Origin: an uncultured Gemmatimonadaceae bacterium
Lineage (GTDB): Bacteria; Gemmatimonadota; Gemmatimonadetes; Gemmatimonadales; Gemmatimonadaceae
Direction of reading: 5' to 3'
Length of the DNA: 64,000 nucleotides
NCBI GenBank assembly: GCA_963817955.1
Contig: CAWFQK010000003.1
Span: forward strand, 128,001-192,000
Shown: positions 61,430 through 64,000 of the stretch, in pieces
Layout: every line of letters begins with the position of its first letter
How positions within the stretch are numbered: the stretch's first letter is position 1
Program-made: the position numbers and the translations under genes
The notes under the pieces: model-generated
The model's database searches: none
Told to the model about the DNA's origin: nothing
The model's input: only the letters and a program-made list of their open reading frames with translations

Positions 61430-61969
61430 TTAATCGCCACAGGGCGGTGGCGCGGTGCCGGGCGACGGAGGGGGCGGCGGGTCGTACGCGATAGCGGGCC
61501 CAGGCCCAACCCCGACGTACCGCCAGCGTCCCGCGACGCGTCGAAAGGTGTACTCGTAAACGTACCCCGATGCCCATGGGCCGCCCGCCCGCGGACACCA
61601 GCGCGTGCCGCGGTCCACTTCGAGCACGGCCGAGTCGCCGCGGACTTCGGCGCGCTCCACCTGGAGCAGTGTCCAAATGCTGTCGCCGGGCGCGCGGGCG
61701 CGAGCACCCGTGACGCGCAGCACTGCCGCGCGTAGCGCCGCCTCCTCGGCCGACCCGGCCTCCGTGCGCGCCCGCACATCCCAAACGCCCCAAGCCGGCG
61801 TCCCCGCTCGCTCGTCGCCGTGGGACGGGTGCCCCGTCGCGAGGTCCGCGGTGAGCGGCGGGATCAGCGCCCGGACGAGTGCCGGCGCTTGGGGCGCCAC
61901 CTGCGCGCGAGCCGACGCTGGGCAGCAGAGCGCCAGCCCGTAGAGCACGTGGGAGAATCGACAGGTCAT
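61430..61969 (-). CDS. Secreted hypothetical protein
   Basis: Signal peptide (ARAQ); Pro-rich tail; stop lies within GATTAAC. Confidence 0.6.
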   Translation of the reverse strand: MTCRFSHVLYGLALCCPASARAQVAPQAPALVRALIPPLTADLATGHPSHGDERAGTPAWGVWDVRARTEAGSAEEAALRAAVLRVTGARARAPGDSIWTLLQVERAEVRGDSAVLEVDRGTRWCPRAGGPWASGYVYEYTFRRVAGRWRYVGVGPGPAIAYDPPPPPSPGTAPPPCGD

Positions 61970-62002
61970 ACGTCCCTCACATGACGATGTGTTCGTATGC
62001 GC

Positions 62003-62221
62003 CTAACGCGGGCCCTCGTCGGTACTCTTCGGCGCGAGCTGCGCCGCGTCGGCGCCGAGTACGCGCTCCTGCAATACGAGCAGGCGGTCTAACTTGGCGT
62101 GGATCGGATCCAAGATTGCTCGGACGGTCGCTCGAATGAAGGCGGCGGTCGCTCGAGCGAAGATGTAGATAATCGCGCCCAAGATTAGGAGCGACATGAG
62201 GCCACCGACTAACTGTTCCAT
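62003..62221 (-). CDS. Small membrane hypothetical protein
   Basis: GAGGAG RBS; single TM; stop lies within GTTAGGC. Confidence 0.5.
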   Translation of the reverse strand: MEQLVGGLMSLLILGAIIYIFARATAAFIRATVRAILDPIHAKLDRLLVLQERVLGADAAQLAPKSTDEGPR

Positions 62222-62267
62222 CGATCGCGTCTCCTCAGCTGCAGCGTTTGTTCCGTGATCGGCGCGG

Positions 62268-62611
62268 CTAAACGTATCTGAGGACATCGAAGAGTGCTTG
62301 CTTCGATGCAAGCGGAAACTCCCCGCGTCGGCTGACTTGGCAGTCGACGAGCTGTATCAGGAATGTCAGATAGTCTGGCTGCGGCAGATGGAAGTGCGAC
62401 AGGAGAAAGTCATTGGTCACGGTGTGGCGAACCGCGTCGGCGTCGTCGGCCACGAAGTCCACGTCCTCCGCCGCACCGCATCGCGTGTGATCCCAATGGC
62501 TGACATCAAGATGTGCATACCGATCGTGACGCCTCCGGTTACGGCGACCCGTGCGACGTCTATGTGGGGAGTGAGCCGAGGCAAGCAGTCGTGCAGAAAC
62601 TGTGAATTCAT
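62268..62611 (-). pseudogene. Nucleotidyltransferase-like gene remnant
   Basis: VAVTGGV.IG in one frame; EDVDFVA in the next. Confidence 0.45.
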
Positions 62612-62639
62612 CGGAACCGATCGTCAGGTGACGCCAGGG

Positions 62640-62676
62640 CTCAGTCGCGCCCGTCACGTGCAGCGCAACGTTAGCG
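62640..62676 (-). mobile_element. Left half of an attC site
   Basis: Minus strand CGCTAAC-GTTGCGCTGCACGTGACGGGCGC, 15 nt after an ORF stop. Confidence 0.55.
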
Positions 62677-62690
62677 GGGCGGCTCCAAGA

Positions 62691-63027
62691 TCAGGAAGTG
62701 CTGCCCCCGAGTGCTACTCGTGCGCGCTGGCGGCTTGGTACGCAATAGCGCTGGGCGACATCACCGCGCGGTAGCGTACTCTGGTCAACAGCGATTAGCG
62801 TATCCGAAAGGAGAGACTCCACCAATGCGGATGCCCAATAGGTGGTCTCTGCCTGACCTCCGGGGGAGGGCCGAAGGACGCGCGCATCAAGGCATACACG
62901 GCCATCGGTCGGCCCTTCCTGCCAATCCGCGACCGCGGCGCGCAGAACGGCAACATCTGCCGCTACATGTTGCGGCGCTGAGTGGCAACCCGAGGAGAGC
63001 ACCGGCGACTATCCATATAGAGCGCAT
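62691..63027 (-). pseudogene. Frameshifted putative lipoprotein
   Basis: MRSIWIVAGALL in one frame; GCHSAPQHVAADVAVLRAAV in another. Confidence 0.4.
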
Positions 63028-63317
63028 TACTGATCCGTTGAGAGCATGAATGAGGCTCGCTCGTGCGCTGTAATGCGGTCCAATCCCCGCACAATGGCCT
63101 CCGCAAACTCGTCGGCGAGACCCGCCCGCTGCTCTTCGTACCACTTACGGGCGTCGAGCAGATCACGTCGAGCCGCAGGCCGAAAGACGAAGCGCGGCGT
63201 CATCCGCCGCGCTTGAAGAGTTCAGTTCGGACCGTGTCCCAGGGGATGCTTTCCTCGGGACGCTCCTTCGCGTCGGCAATGCTGTCCCAAATATCCTCGA
63301 CCAACTGCAGGCGCTCC
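63027..63317 (-). pseudogene. Remnant addiction-module antitoxin plus truncated ParE toxin
   Basis: ERLQLVEDIWDSIA..RPEESIPWDTVRTEL; ATGA overlap; MTPRFVFRPAARRDLLDARKWYEEQRAGLADEF (63203-63027). Confidence 0.8.
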
Positions 63318-63378
63318 TACATGGCGCGCGGCACGGAACGTCCCGATAGCGGGAGGGACGAAAGCCGCCATGTCTGCC

Positions 63379-63444
63379 GAATAACGCGTCAGCTCAACTG
63401 CAAACAAATCAACAGATCCTGGACAGCTGCACCGCACGTTACCT
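63379..63444 (-). mobile_element. attC recombination site (66 bp)
   Basis: Minus strand AGGTAAC-GTGCGGTGCAGCTG...GCAGTTGAGCTGACGC-GTTATTC; the gene stop lies in the inverse core. Confidence 0.7.
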
Positions 63445-63708
63445 GGCGTGAGCGACGAACACAGCCAGCCCCACCACGAACGCGACAACAGCAGTGAGTA
63501 TACCCCAAAGCGTGAATTGAGCGCGACGGTGAGCCATGTTCAGCGTCCAACCGAGGCCGCGCTGTGCCGGAACAAGGAGCCGGGGATCATCGGCGCAGCG
63601 GTATACGCCAAAGGCCTCCCAGTGCCGCGGGTCGCGCCACATTTGATCGCAGTCACGCTGGATAACGCGCGTGTCGTCTGTCACGCAGAGTGCTCCGGTC
63701 GCCACCAA
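63439..63708 (-). CDS. DUF5808-like small membrane protein
   Basis: W.DPRHW..GVYRCADDPRLLVP..GLGWTLNMAH plus a TM. Confidence 0.7.
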   Translation of the reverse strand: MVATGALCVTDDTRVIQRDCDQMWRDPRHWEAFGVYRCADDPRLLVPAQRGLGWTLNMAHRRAQFTLWGILTAVVAFVVGLAVFVAHAR

Positions 63709-63752
63709 ATTCTCGAATTAACCTGCGAGCGAATCAAATGGATGCCGGACGG

Positions 63753-64000
63753 TCATCGGTCGATCAAGTCAGGAAGCCGATCGAGCGCCGCGACATAGGA
63801 ATCGCGGTCGTACGGTTGGTTATTCCGGATCATCACGCTCATTTCCTGAAGCAGAGCAGCGGAGATCCAACGGACCGCTTCATCCTTGGCAATACCTTCG
63901 CGCTGAAGACGAGCAAGCGTCAAGGCGGTTTCCGGAGGATCGTTGTTGGCGATTTGGTCGAGGACCGTTTCGCGTAGAACGCGCTCAACCTCGGGATTAG
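63753..64000 (-). CDS. DUF1841-like hypothetical protein (5' end outside the window)
   Basis: Open frame to the window edge: VLDQIANNDPPETALTLARL..EG....EAVRWI...QPYDRDSYVAALDRLP. Confidence 0.65.
   Translation of the reverse strand, partial: NPEVERVLRETVLDQIANNDPPETALTLARLQREGIAKDEAVRWISAALLQEMSVMIRNNQPYDRDSYVAALDRLPDLIDR

Overview
GC-rich bacterial DNA, probably Gemmatimonadota or a similar soil lineage. This is inferred from the ADOP permease with PadR, the carboxypeptidase-regulatory/TonB-type outer-membrane protein and the many secreted hypotheticals. About 1-30 kb holds mostly intact genes: a Phd/ParE toxin-antitoxin pair, PAS histidine kinases, an outer-membrane barrel plus propeller pair, and a MacAB-TolC-like exporter. 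It also has an unusual envelope locus made of a CPBP protease, a DUF11-repeat lipoprotein frameshifted at a G10 tract, and a divergent lgt - PlsR-like - PlsA/Ger-like operon, followed by a decapitated type III restriction gene. About 30-64 kb looks like a heavily eroded integron cassette array, mostly on the minus strand. It has four well-formed attC sites, many half or collapsed attC sites, about seven toxin-antitoxin loci or remnants, many genes shortened by internal deletions, and one defective IS701-like element. No integrase lies in the window. An intact opposite-strand five-gene module (TPR - atypical J-domain - GrpE - Hsp70 - Zn-ribbon/TPR) sits inside this array. The best candidates for undescribed systems are this Hsp70 module and the lgt/ether-lipid/lipoprotein locus. 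All product calls come from motif recognition by eye; no database searches were run.
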